Assembly (NCBI GenBank): GCA_016933575.1
Contig: JAFGAR010000151.1
Coordinates: 64,001 to 128,000, forward strand
DNA from: Candidatus Thorarchaeota archaeon
Lineage (GTDB): Archaea; Asgardarchaeota; Thorarchaeia; Thorarchaeales; Thorarchaeaceae
Length of the DNA: 64,000 bases
Direction of reading: 5' to 3'
Under the pieces are notes generated by a model that saw only the letters and a program-made list of their open reading frames with translations, ran no database searches and was not told the origin of the DNA. Within the stretch, counting starts at the first letter, position 1; each line of letters begins with the position of its first letter. A program made the translations under genes and the position numbers. Below, piece by piece: positions 18,194 to 28,750 of this stretch.

Positions 18194-19675
18194 ATGAAGA
18201 TTGAATCTGAAGTTGTTGATGATAATTCTTCAAACAACGAAAACGGTACTACTGAATCCTTACTTGATCTTTTTAATAATATATTTGAAAATGAGAATTT
18301 TGAGAGTGACTATGATAGAGATCGTATCCGTTACATAGTCGAATATGTGGATATGACTCTCGCATATATTGAGGGCAAAATATCTATAGCAACTGCAAAC
18401 ACTTTATACCAAAATCTTAGAAAATATAACAGTTCAAGAACTGGCTTAGGTAATCCGACGAGTATCGCCAACCCAGCCTGGTTGTATCAGTATCGAGAGA
18501 ATGTGTTATATTTATTGAAGAATCAACATAAGAATTCTGATACGTATTATCTAGCCCTTCCTTTTTATAACACTGATTTTTATCCAAATATTGGACCATA
18601 TTTTGAGGTAATACAGTATTTTGCAAAGAATCCACTGAGTTCATTTGTTTCAGCATCAAGAGATCTTTCTATCAGTCCTGAATCAATATCAAGGAAGTAT
18701 AAAGAGATTGAGTCACTGTATTGTTTTCGTGTTGGAGGTTATTCAAATCGTAGGCTGTTTGGTTTGAGAACATTCATCCTTTTCTTTGAATTGAAATCAA
18801 AATCAGATATGATACTGATAAAAGAACTGATGCCATCAATTCCATACTACCACCTATTTAGTGAAGATATAATTAGTAACCATCATTACATCTCTTTTAT
18901 ACTACCAAATGATCAGGATGCCATTGATTCTTTTAGGGAGAGTATTTCCCAATTTGCTTTGTTTTTTTTCCAGTTCTGGAGATTGGATGAGATACTATCT
19001 GTAAATCTCATAGCGTGGACAGATAACTTTAGTAGATCTGGCTGGTCAATTCCAAAAATAATACTTGAAAATCGTTTTCCAGGTTCGCTCAGTGATGATA
19101 AAAAACCCAAAATCTGCCGACTAAATAATCCACGGTTGACATTAAGAGATTTCATAACACTGGACACTTTAGTATGTAATTTGCATCAATCTGCAAGAGT
19201 AATATCTGGGTCTGCGATAGCCAAGAGATACGAAATTACAGAGAGAGAAGCCTACTATCGAAAAAGGAAACTTTTTCGCGAAGATGTAATAATTCCCTTT
19301 CCAGTTTGGCAAGATAAGGAATTACATTCACTCCGTCTTGAGGTAATTTGTAATAAAGAGGTGAGTTACAGATTAATTTCTGCTGTTCAAGAATGCACGA
19401 TAAGTACGTACGGTTTCACATCAAAAGGTGTAATCTTCTTCCTTAATGTTCCTTACTCACACCTCAATCCATACATCTCTTACTTTGAATCGCTTCTACA
19501 TCAATTAGATGTTGTTGGTTATAGATTTGTAATAAGCACATTCTGGGTTACTGGTCAATCACTCATCGACATTGTGGAGAATTGGAAATATGGTGCTAAG
19601 GGTTTCACAACGGAGGGTTTGGACATTAGTGCTGACATCTTTGACTATATTGATATCGAATTGGCCAAGTGTTAA
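18194..19675 (+). CDS. Putative transcriptional regulator with duplicated wHTH/Lrp-AsnC-like modules
   Basis: NPLSSFVSASRDLSISPESISRKYKEI and IAKRYEITEREAYYRKRKL are HTH-like, each followed by a RAM-like alpha/beta region; AT-rich. Confidence 0.6.
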   Translation: MKIESEVVDDNSSNNENGTTESLLDLFNNIFENENFESDYDRDRIRYIVEYVDMTLAYIEGKISIATANTLYQNLRKYNSSRTGLGNPTSIANPAWLYQYRENVLYLLKNQHKNSDTYYLALPFYNTDFYPNIGPYFEVIQYFAKNPLSSFVSASRDLSISPESISRKYKEIESLYCFRVGGYSNRRLFGLRTFILFFELKSKSDMILIKELMPSIPYYHLFSEDIISNHHYISFILPNDQDAIDSFRESISQFALFFFQFWRLDEILSVNLIAWTDNFSRSGWSIPKIILENRFPGSLSDDKKPKICRLNNPRLTLRDFITLDTLVCNLHQSARVISGSAIAKRYEITEREAYYRKRKLFREDVIIPFPVWQDKELHSLRLEVICNKEVSYRLISAVQECTISTYGFTSKGVIFFLNVPYSHLNPYISYFESLLHQLDVVGYRFVISTFWVTGQSLIDIVENWKYGAKGFTTEGLDISADIFDYIDIELAKC

Positions 19676-19937
19676 GTACAATCCCATAACTTCCTTGGAT
19701 GATTCTTAATCTCCTTGTATTTCTAACCAGTTTATAATTTCACCCAGATTAGGAACAATTGACTCTAATGATGTCTTGAGCCCTTTCATGACAAGAATGG
19801 CTGTTCTCTGCTGATAGTTATATAGTATCAAAGAATTTACTACTCAAGCTAGTTGTAGATCCAAAAAGACTAGATTAGACTGTGAAAAGTGAGTATCTAC
19901 CAAGCACAAATGGCAGAATCACTCAGAGCAGTAAATT

Positions 19938-22900
19938 GTGGTGAGAGAATTGGAACTTAGAAAGAAACTAATGATTCTATCTTTTGTAGTCACGAGTATT
20001 ATACTCGTTCAAAATATCGCTCTTGCGAGTGCCATAGCACCACCTCCGGATTTACCTCCTCCCGGGGGTGGGACCTATACATATGATGCATTTGGATATG
20101 TCAAATGTGGTACTACAAAGATACCTTACGCAACTGTGAAATTATACACTGATACTGGAACGTATTTGGGGTCAACTACAACAAACACTAATGGGTACTT
20201 CTACAAGACAGTCACTGTATCTCCGAATCCTGTGGACTTCTTAAAGGCCGTAGTTTCAAAATCCGGGTATTCTACAACTTTCAAGTATGCAGCTCCAGAT
20301 AGTAATAATGACTGTAATTTCGGTACAATCTACCTCTCTACTTACTATTCCTATACTGTTCACGGAAGCGTAACACTTTCTGACACAGAAGAACCATATA
20401 TTGGAGGAACTGTGAATCTCTACAAGGATAGCTATGGAGTTTGGGAATTTGTAGATGATGCTACTACCAACTCTGTGGGGTATTATTCGTTCAGTTATTC
20501 TACAGGATCTCCTATCACCAGTTTCAAGGTCACCATAACTCCACCAACTGGGTACATTGAAGCTGTTATTATCAAAGATGGCACTGGGAGTGTCTTTGAC
20601 ATGGGCACACATGAGATGATATTGTGTCTTCCTAACGATAATGTGCTAATCTATAGAGATAGTTGCGACTGCATTTCAAGATGGATTCAGGTTCTAAATG
20701 GAGAGAATTGGGATCTCGGATATGGCTCACTAAAGGACGGCACAATGTACACAACAGATGGCTACCTTTCTACGGCTATTCCTTGGTCTGATTACAATGA
20801 CTGGCATGGGGGCAGATTCTATCAACATTTATTATCTCCCGTTGCAATCCAAGATATTGCTGCATTAGAATTGGATGTAGAAACTATCAGTGATTACGCA
20901 TCAATGATGGGAAAGCTCTTCGTTGACTTTTACGATAGCGATGGTCTACTTACTCTTAGATTGCAAATTGGAGATTATTCGAATGTTGAATATGCACTCT
21001 GGGTAGCAGGTTCCTACTACACAAAGAGCGGGACATCTTACATGTGTGCGCCTGAAATCAATACTGCCACTTGGGGTGGAGAGGTCTTCTTCAGGTATCG
21101 AGATGGAGTTGGATTTAATTTCTTTGGGCCTCAAGAAAATCTCGTATCGAAAGAGATTCGCCTCGTAGATGAGAGTATCTTAGCTGCCAATAACGGAGAA
21201 GAAAAGAGTCGTACCATTGAACATGTAGTTCTCAGTTTCATGCGATGGCACTATAATGATTTAACTGAGAATCGTCTGCATAGCATTGGTATATATCGAT
21301 ATGGAATAACCACGACAAACATCCAAGTGTGGAACCTAGATGCATCAACCAATAATCTCTATGAATCATTAAAATTTGATACAACGTGGCAAATAGAGGC
21401 AGATTCTGGATTAGATTACACAATGAAACCTGTTTGTACACGAAACATTGGAGATCTTGTTTATCATCAAGCTCCGCCTTCTTATTACCATTTATGGACT
21501 GATTCATTTACTACTCCGAATGGTTTTCAAGGCCCTTGTTATACTCACATATTTGCGGAAGCAATATTCTTGGAGGAATTTATAGAATTTTCTGCAGAAA
21601 TTGGAGTTGAATTGGAACCAAATCATGTTGGGAGATCAATTCTTGTGCTATTCGACCAATGGAAAGTTCCTATTGCATCCATTATGTGGGAGGATACAGG
21701 CTCATCCGGCTGTATTGAATTGTCTTGGTTTGACGATCAAGGCGAGATAGTTTCAATAAATACAGGTGGTGGTGAATTTACTGATTCTTCGATTAATCGT
21801 GACGTTTGTTTTTATTACGATCAATCAAATAATAACATTAAATCAAATAACAATGGTATTTTACTAGATATCATAAATCGGAACTACATCAATAGTGATC
21901 GGAAAATTCAGTTTCTTACCCTACAAATGGGATCTAATCAGCTTGTTAAATCTGATCGAGTTAAGTTGTATTCTTCACAACTAGTAGTCAAGAATAATCC
22001 AGTACTAAAATGCTCGAATCCGATTATCGATAAACGAGTTGTTTATCGAGCTGATGAAGTTACATCAACAAGGGGCCTAGCAGTAGACATTGACTACCTA
22101 TTTGACATGCCTGATCTGGAATTTGTCTTAGGACCTGCAAGACTCATTATTACCGGCACGAAACAGACCTTATCCGGCTCTTTCTCAGGTACTGCATTCA
22201 TATTCTGTCCCCAGAACTATGAACCCACTGAACCTCCATATTATGAAAGTCTATCCCATTTTGACATTCCACTACAAAGCGATTCGTTCACAATAACAAT
22301 ACCTCTTGAAAACGACGATTTACTATGGTGGGACCTGTGTGGAACACTTTCTCTAAATTTCTTAGGAATTGAAGCTGATTTATCAACAATTGGGGAATGG
22401 TGCATTCTAGCTCAAATCGAAACACACTATGTTGCCAATAACTACTTTGAACATACAATAGTTGAGTCGTGCATGTCCAGAGACAATTTCTATAGGTATG
22501 CTACAAGTGACCCTGAAAAGAGATGGCAAGAAGTTATCACTCAGATACCTTCTGGGTATCAGGATGTAAATGGTTATTGCACATTAGTCGTAGAAATTGA
22601 TTCTGCAGCCGCTATGGACCATTTAAAAGTCACTGTGGAAAATCAGGTTGTTCTGGACAATATTGAAGTCGAAAATGGGTATAACTATTTCTATATTGAT
22701 ATATCCACTATTGCGAGTTGCAAAGACTCGCTTACAATCAAATACGAACTTCTTGATGGTACACTTCATGACATTCTTATCTCTTTGAAAGCATACCTAA
22801 AGATTTGGTCTAGACTCTGGATTGCTCCTGATGATGAGAAAATAGGTGATACTTCATATCAATTCTGGCATGAAGAACATCCTATTTTTACAAGTGGTGG

Positions 22901-23516
22901 TCCTCAATATACTATCGCTCCAGGAGGCAATTGTCCAGATGAATGGTTTGGTAAGAATTTATTCACCTTAACCTGTTTTGCACGACAAATGGAAGGTGAT
23001 GACGATTTGATTCTCCATGTAGGACTCGATATGGTCCATGATACATATTTTAGCTACCTCCATGGAGTCAAACTTGAGATAGCTGTAATGGAGTATGATG
23101 AATTACATACAGAAATCTACAATACACCTGTTGCAGGTGTGATAGAGTGCTTGATGCGAGATACTGATGGCTCTGATTTTCCATCTTGGCCAAAATTGAC
23201 TATAGATATGGTCAGCATCTTTGCTGATTACGCAGATTGGAGCGGCCAAGGCAAAGCATTTCTGAAATTATTTGATTTACTAATTGGGATTGGATGGACT
23301 ACTGAAACTACATGGGTTACTGGATTGAATCCTTATGCGTATTTTTCATACGAACGTCCAGTGCTCTGGTTTGAGGATTTTGGTGGAACCATGAGAATTC
23401 CATATGAAACAGACTCAAACAAGAATTATGTAATTCACATCAATCTAAAGATGAATTTCGGATGGGGTTTTGAACAAATTAGTTCTTACGAATTTGAGTA
23501 TTTTTCATGCGCATGA
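19938..23516 (+). CDS. Large secreted multidomain protein (signal peptide, 2 carboxypeptidase-regulatory-like domains, repeated beta-sandwich domains)
   Basis: Signal peptide, Pro-rich linker, repeats ATVKLY..TTNTNGYF and GTVNLY..TTNSVGYY; AT-rich. Confidence 0.7.
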   Translation: MVRELELRKKLMILSFVVTSIILVQNIALASAIAPPPDLPPPGGGTYTYDAFGYVKCGTTKIPYATVKLYTDTGTYLGSTTTNTNGYFYKTVTVSPNPVDFLKAVVSKSGYSTTFKYAAPDSNNDCNFGTIYLSTYYSYTVHGSVTLSDTEEPYIGGTVNLYKDSYGVWEFVDDATTNSVGYYSFSYSTGSPITSFKVTITPPTGYIEAVIIKDGTGSVFDMGTHEMILCLPNDNVLIYRDSCDCISRWIQVLNGENWDLGYGSLKDGTMYTTDGYLSTAIPWSDYNDWHGGRFYQHLLSPVAIQDIAALELDVETISDYASMMGKLFVDFYDSDGLLTLRLQIGDYSNVEYALWVAGSYYTKSGTSYMCAPEINTATWGGEVFFRYRDGVGFNFFGPQENLVSKEIRLVDESILAANNGEEKSRTIEHVVLSFMRWHYNDLTENRLHSIGIYRYGITTTNIQVWNLDASTNNLYESLKFDTTWQIEADSGLDYTMKPVCTRNIGDLVYHQAPPSYYHLWTDSFTTPNGFQGPCYTHIFAEAIFLEEFIEFSAEIGVELEPNHVGRSILVLFDQWKVPIASIMWEDTGSSGCIELSWFDDQGEIVSINTGGGEFTDSSINRDVCFYYDQSNNNIKSNNNGILLDIINRNYINSDRKIQFLTLQMGSNQLVKSDRVKLYSSQLVVKNNPVLKCSNPIIDKRVVYRADEVTSTRGLAVDIDYLFDMPDLEFVLGPARLIITGTKQTLSGSFSGTAFIFCPQNYEPTEPPYYESLSHFDIPLQSDSFTITIPLENDDLLWWDLCGTLSLNFLGIEADLSTIGEWCILAQIETHYVANNYFEHTIVESCMSRDNFYRYATSDPEKRWQEVITQIPSGYQDVNGYCTLVVEIDSAAAMDHLKVTVENQVVLDNIEVENGYNYFYIDISTIASCKDSLTIKYELLDGTLHDILISLKAYLKIWSRLWIAPDDEKIGDTSYQFWHEEHPIFTSGGPQYTIAPGGNCPDEWFGKNLFTLTCFARQMEGDDDLILHVGLDMVHDTYFSYLHGVKLEIAVMEYDELHTEIYNTPVAGVIECLMRDTDGSDFPSWPKLTIDMVSIFADYADWSGQGKAFLKLFDLLIGIGWTTETTWVTGLNPYAYFSYERPVLWFEDFGGTMRIPYETDSNKNYVIHINLKMNFGWGFEQISSYEFEYFSCA

Positions 23517-23531
23517 ATTTCAGTGATTTCT

Positions 23532-23570
23532 AACTAGTACAGAATTTTGCTTCTGTACTAGTTTTTTTTT
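23532..23570 (+). terminator. Strong intrinsic terminator
   Basis: Perfect 13-bp stem AACTAGTACAGAA/TTCTGTACTAGTT followed by a T-run. Confidence 0.8.
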
Positions 23571-23825
23571 CCGAATGAATTTGACTCGGCCCAACCGAGC
23601 TCTAGAGATTAATAGAGGACCTTCCCGGTTTCCCTTGTGGATGGTGTTGCCAGTGTTAGTTTCGACTATCTCTCCCAGTTCTTTGAGTACAATAGAGCAT
23701 ACTTGGGTACTCAATAAACTCCTAGTGGAAGTAGTGTCGTCGAAATTGTATCGAGGCTTTGTTGATACCGCAAAGGTTACTTACAGTCAGGCATGTGCCG
23801 TCTAGAAGGAATGAGGTTATGTCGA

Positions 23826-25811
23826 ATGAGTGAGTTCAAACTAGAGGCTCCTTTCAAACCCACAGGTGATCAGCCGCAGGCAATCGAAAAGCTAGTGGAA
23901 GGACTCGGGAGTGGACTCCACCATCAGACACTTCTTGGTGTGACTGGCTCTGGTAAGACCTTTACCATGGCAAACGTTATCGAGGCAATCCAGAAACCCA
24001 CTCTTGTCATCTCACATAATAAGACACTCGCGGCACAACTTGCGTCTGAGTATAAGCAGTTCTTCCCGAAGAATGCAGTAGAGTATTTTGTTTCATATTA
24101 TGATTATTACCAACCTGAAGCCTATGTCCCTTCAAAGGACATGTACATCGAGAAGGAGACCGATATCAATGCAGAGATCGAGCGGCTTCGACATTCTACA
24201 ACCAACTCGCTCAGGTCTCGAAAAGATGTTATTGTAGTTGCTTCTGTTTCATGCATCTATGGTGTTGGAGACCCTACTGAATATGATTATTTTAGGATGC
24301 TCCTCGAACGAGGTAAGAAGGTGGATAGACGAGAACTCCTAGAAAGGCTCGTAGCAATGCAATATGAACGGAATGATATGGATATCAAACCCGGAGTCTT
24401 CAGAGTACGAGGTGATGTGATAGATGTCTATCCCTCAGCCTCTGAGAATAGTATCCGAATTGAGCTTGATGGTGATAGAGTAGACAGGCTGACTATTCTC
24501 GAACGCCTAACCGCCAGAAAGCTTGGCACTCCTGATTGGTTCGAGCTGTATCCTGCTCGTCATCACATAGCTCGTCTGGAAAAAGTTGTAGAAGTTCTTC
24601 CTTTGATTGAGCAAGAGATGGAAGAGCGCGTAGAATGGTTCAAGAAAGAGGGCAAGCTAGTAGAGGCTGACCGTCTCAGGCGTCGAACCATGTATGACCT
24701 TGAGATGCTTAGGGAGACTGGTATGTGTCAAGGTATAGAGAATTACTCTAGATTCATTGATGAACGTGATTTGGGGCAGAAACCATACACATTGCTCGAC
24801 TACTTTCCAGATGACTTCCTTATGATTATTGATGAGAGTCACATGACCATTCCACAGGTCCGTGGAATGTATAATGGAGACCTCGCTAGAAAGAAGAATC
24901 TAATCGACTATGGATTTCGTTTACCTTCAGCTCTGGATAATAGACCTCTGAAGTTCCCGGAGTTTGAGAAGTATATGAGAAAGACCATCTATACGAGTGC
25001 CACACCGGGATCGTATGAACAGAAGCATAGTCAACAAATTGTCGAGCAGCTTGTTCGTCCGACGGGACTTATAGACCCTGAGATCACCGTCAAACCTGTT
25101 ATCGGACAGGTAGACCATCTACTAGGTGAGATTCGGAAGACAGTGGAACTTGGTGATCGAACCCTTGTCACGACCCTTACTAAAAAGACAGCTGAGATGC
25201 TGAGTGAGTATCTTGTTGAGGCAGGCATCAAAGCTCGTTATCTTCACTCAGATATTGGAACTGTGGAGCGAATCGAGATAGTACGACAGCTTCGTCAAGG
25301 GAAGTTCGATGTACTTGTGGGAATCAATCTTCTCCGCGAGGGTCTCGACATTCCTGAGGTCTCACTAGTGGCTATCCTTGACGCTGATAAGGAGGGTTTC
25401 CTAAGAACGGACTGGGCTCTCGTTCAGACAATGGGTCGAGCAGCAAGGAATGCAAACGGGCGAGTTGTCCTCTATGGTGACCATGTATCAGCTGCTATGC
25501 AATCAGCTATCGATGAGACCAATCGTAGACGACGCTATCAGTTAAAATATAATGAAGAACACGGAATCAAACCCGTGTCTATTGTCAAGAGTATTCAAGA
25601 CATCGCACAGGGCATGGTGAAGTTTGAGAAAGAGGTCCAGACAAAGATTGAGGACTTCGATCCTTTTGAGGTTGACGAGCTTGCTGATTATATCATCGAC
25701 CTTGAGGAACAGATGAAAGAGGCAGCACGAAATCTTGAGTTCGAGAAGGCTGCCAAGCTCCGCGACCAAATTGCTGGTCTGCGAAAGAGGATAGAGGGAG
25801 CACAAGAGTGA
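23826..25811 (+). CDS. uvrB: Excinuclease ABC subunit B
   Basis: PTGDQPQAI, GVTGSGKT, FVSYYDYYQPEAY beta-hairpin, DESH, GINLLREGLD, C-terminal UVR domain; probable start ATG 23826. Confidence 0.97.
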   Translation: MSEFKLEAPFKPTGDQPQAIEKLVEGLGSGLHHQTLLGVTGSGKTFTMANVIEAIQKPTLVISHNKTLAAQLASEYKQFFPKNAVEYFVSYYDYYQPEAYVPSKDMYIEKETDINAEIERLRHSTTNSLRSRKDVIVVASVSCIYGVGDPTEYDYFRMLLERGKKVDRRELLERLVAMQYERNDMDIKPGVFRVRGDVIDVYPSASENSIRIELDGDRVDRLTILERLTARKLGTPDWFELYPARHHIARLEKVVEVLPLIEQEMEERVEWFKKEGKLVEADRLRRRTMYDLEMLRETGMCQGIENYSRFIDERDLGQKPYTLLDYFPDDFLMIIDESHMTIPQVRGMYNGDLARKKNLIDYGFRLPSALDNRPLKFPEFEKYMRKTIYTSATPGSYEQKHSQQIVEQLVRPTGLIDPEITVKPVIGQVDHLLGEIRKTVELGDRTLVTTLTKKTAEMLSEYLVEAGIKARYLHSDIGTVERIEIVRQLRQGKFDVLVGINLLREGLDIPEVSLVAILDADKEGFLRTDWALVQTMGRAARNANGRVVLYGDHVSAAMQSAIDETNRRRRYQLKYNEEHGIKPVSIVKSIQDIAQGMVKFEKEVQTKIEDFDPFEVDELADYIIDLEEQMKEAARNLEFEKAAKLRDQIAGLRKRIEGAQE

Positions 25812-28750
25812 CCACGACAGAGAGTAAGAAACGCACTGGTGATCTGGAGACTGAGATAGATGGTCCTAGATCAATTGTGGTCATCGGAGCTGCTGAACAT
25901 AATTTGAAACACATCTCATGCACTATACCAAAGAACACCATGACTGTTGTTACGGGTCTGTCTGGGAGCGGCAAAAGCTCGCTCGTGTTCGATACCATCT
26001 ACAGTGAGGGCCAGAGGCGATTCATAGAGTCACTCTCACCCTATGCCCGTCAGTTCTTAGGGATGCTAGAGAAACCAAAAGTCGATCTGATGACTGGTCT
26101 CTCACCATCCATATCTATAGATCAGAAGAGTGTCAGCAGGAACCCTAGGAGTTCGGTTGGCACAATTACAGAGATCTATGATTACCTTCGACTCCTATAC
26201 GCTCGTGTGGGGGAACCTCATTGCCCAAAGTGCATGAAGAAGATTGAGCCACAGACATCACAACAGATAGTTGACCGTGTATTGAGCCTGAAGGAAGGAT
26301 CACGCATCATGATTCTTGCTCCCATTGTCCGCGGGAGAAAAGGTGAGTATCGAAAAGAATTTCGCGATCTCATGAAGAAGGGCTTTGTCAGAGCCCGTGT
26401 AGATGGGGACTTGAAAGAGCTAGAAGAGGGAATGTCGCTTGACCGTTACTTCGAGCATACTATCGAGGTAGTTATTGATCGCCTCACTGTGAAGGAATCT
26501 GAACGAGCGCGCATCTCTGAGGCTGTTGAAACTGCTCTCAATATGGCAGAGCGCGTTGTTACGATTGACACACCTGAGGGTAATATCACTCTGTCTGAGC
26601 AGTTTGCATGTGTGGACTGTGGTATCAGTCTCCCTGAGATGGAACCCCGTATCTTTAGCTGGAATACTCCTCAAGGTGCCTGTCCTCATTGCACCGGGAT
26701 CGGTGTCATCAGAGAGTTTGACCCTGACCTTTTTGTTTCTGACCCAAGCCGTTCACTCAGTACCGGTCTTTTCGAGACCGATCAGTGGAAGATCAAACGG
26801 AAATTCACAAAGAAGGTTGTAGAGAAGTATGGATTCACAATGGACACACCCTGGAAGGATATGACCAAGAAACAGCAAGATCTTCTCCTCTATGGATCTG
26901 GTAACAAGAAGTTCGAGGCAACCTGGGAGAGTGATAATCCTGAGTTCGAAGTCCAGTGGAAGGGAACCTTCCAGAGACCCTTCGAGGGTTGGGTTGAACG
27001 GGCAAAGCGTCTCTATAAGGCGACCAAGTCTGATTATGGAAGAGGAATTCTAGAGAAGTATATGTCTGAGCAGACTTGTCCAGTCTGTGAGGGCGGACGG
27101 CTCCGTCCCGAGTCTAAGGCTGTGACATTCAATGGTCGGTCAATCACTGATATCAACGGCTTATCAATCAAGGCACTCAGGGAGTTCTTCGAGACTGCTG
27201 ATATCGATCCGCGATTCAGACCAGTAGCTGAACCCATTCTTCGTGAAATCATGGGACGTATCGGATATCTTGAGGATGTAGGATTGGAGTATCTCACTCT
27301 CGATCGTTCTGCCCCGAGTCTTGCAGGTGGTGAAGCTCAACGCATTCGACTCGCAAGTCAGATTGGATCTGACCTTGTTGGAGTTACCTATGTCTGCGAT
27401 GAACCATCGATTGGTCTACACAGTAGAGACAATATTCGACTCCTTAAGTCTCTCCTGCGGCTTAGAGACCTGGGCAACAATGTTCTCGTTGTCGAACATG
27501 ACGAAGAGACCATCCGTACGGCAGACTACATCATTGACTTGGGTCCTGGAGCTGGCTCTGAGGGTGGAGAAGTTGTCGTTGCAGGGACTCTTGATGATGT
27601 TCTGAAGTCAAAGAAATCCATCACGGGCAAATATCTCAGAGGTGAAGAGAAGATTCCTGTCCCCGAACGACGGAGAAAGCCCAATGGCCGTTTCATAGAA
27701 CTCAAAGGATGCCAGCACAATAATCTGAAGAACATAAACATTCAGATTCCTCTCGGACTTTTCATTGCTACCACAGGAGTTTCAGGATCTGGGAAATCTT
27801 CCCTGGTCGTTGAAACACTTCAGAGAGAACTTGCTAGAAGATTCCATCACGCTGAGGCAAAGCCCGGTAAGTTCGATGAAATCTTGGGAGTTGAACAACT
27901 CGATAAGGTCATTGTCATTGATCAGTCGCCTATCGGAAGAACTCCAAGAAGCAACCCTGCTACCTATGTAGGTCTCTGGTCTCCCTTGAGAGACCTCTTC
28001 TCCGGACTACCTGAGTCGCAGATTCGAGGATACAAACCGGGTCGTTTCAGTTTCAATGTAAAGAGTGGTCGCTGCGAGACCTGTAAAGGCGCAGGAGTTG
28101 AGGTCATTGAGATGCAGTTTCTTCCTCCTGTTCAGGTGACCTGTAGTGAGTGTAAGGGTCGACGATACAACAGAGAAACCCTTCAGGTACGATTCAAGGG
28201 AAAGAACATCGCTGATATTCTTGAAATGCGCATCGACGAGGCTGTGAAGTTTTTTGAAGGTATTCCCTCAGTGCATCGACGACTCGAAACCCTATGTGAA
28301 GTAGGTATGGGGTATGTAAAGCTCGGACAACCTGCCACAACTCTCAGTGGTGGAGAAGCGCAACGTATCAAGCTGAGCAAATACCTCTCACGACCTGCCA
28401 CTGGGCAGACGTTGATACTCTTAGATGAACCTACAACAGGATTGCACTTTGCCGATATCAAGAAACTACTGGAGGTCCTCCACCGTCTTGTGGACCTTGG
28501 GAATACTGTTCTGGTCATCGAGCACCAGCTAGACGTTGTCAAGACTGCTGATTGGGTCATTGATCTCGGTCCCGAAGGCGGCGACGATGGTGGTTATCTT
28601 GTGGCTGAAGGAACTCCAGAGGATATAGTTGCTTGTAAGGAGTCGTATACTGGTCAATATCTTAGTGAGTTGTTGGACAAATCTATACCAGCAAAATCAT
28701 CTCCAAGTAAGAAATCAGCCGCCACGAAGAAACGGAGGTCCAATAAATGA
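25808..28750 (+). CDS. uvrA: Excinuclease ABC subunit A (copy 1)
   Basis: GLSGSGKS, EGQRRFIESLS, Zn fingers, GVSGSGKS, LSGGEAQRIKL, DEPTTGLH. Confidence 0.96.
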   Translation: MTTTESKKRTGDLETEIDGPRSIVVIGAAEHNLKHISCTIPKNTMTVVTGLSGSGKSSLVFDTIYSEGQRRFIESLSPYARQFLGMLEKPKVDLMTGLSPSISIDQKSVSRNPRSSVGTITEIYDYLRLLYARVGEPHCPKCMKKIEPQTSQQIVDRVLSLKEGSRIMILAPIVRGRKGEYRKEFRDLMKKGFVRARVDGDLKELEEGMSLDRYFEHTIEVVIDRLTVKESERARISEAVETALNMAERVVTIDTPEGNITLSEQFACVDCGISLPEMEPRIFSWNTPQGACPHCTGIGVIREFDPDLFVSDPSRSLSTGLFETDQWKIKRKFTKKVVEKYGFTMDTPWKDMTKKQQDLLLYGSGNKKFEATWESDNPEFEVQWKGTFQRPFEGWVERAKRLYKATKSDYGRGILEKYMSEQTCPVCEGGRLRPESKAVTFNGRSITDINGLSIKALREFFETADIDPRFRPVAEPILREIMGRIGYLEDVGLEYLTLDRSAPSLAGGEAQRIRLASQIGSDLVGVTYVCDEPSIGLHSRDNIRLLKSLLRLRDLGNNVLVVEHDEETIRTADYIIDLGPGAGSEGGEVVVAGTLDDVLKSKKSITGKYLRGEEKIPVPERRRKPNGRFIELKGCQHNNLKNINIQIPLGLFIATTGVSGSGKSSLVVETLQRELARRFHHAEAKPGKFDEILGVEQLDKVIVIDQSPIGRTPRSNPATYVGLWSPLRDLFSGLPESQIRGYKPGRFSFNVKSGRCETCKGAGVEVIEMQFLPPVQVTCSECKGRRYNRETLQVRFKGKNIADILEMRIDEAVKFFEGIPSVHRRLETLCEVGMGYVKLGQPATTLSGGEAQRIKLSKYLSRPATGQTLILLDEPTTGLHFADIKKLLEVLHRLVDLGNTVLVIEHQLDVVKTADWVIDLGPEGGDDGGYLVAEGTPEDIVACKESYTGQYLSELLDKSIPAKSSPSKKSAATKKRRSNK

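Noticed and set aside
18000-23570. Integrated mobile element or provirus
   Set aside because: No integrase, transposase, tRNA target, terminal repeats or viral genes visible; kept only as a compositional islet
23520-23805. Short ORFs 23520-23714(-) and 23575-23805(+)
   Set aside because: They overlap a terminator and the uvrB promoter region and have no recognisable protein features
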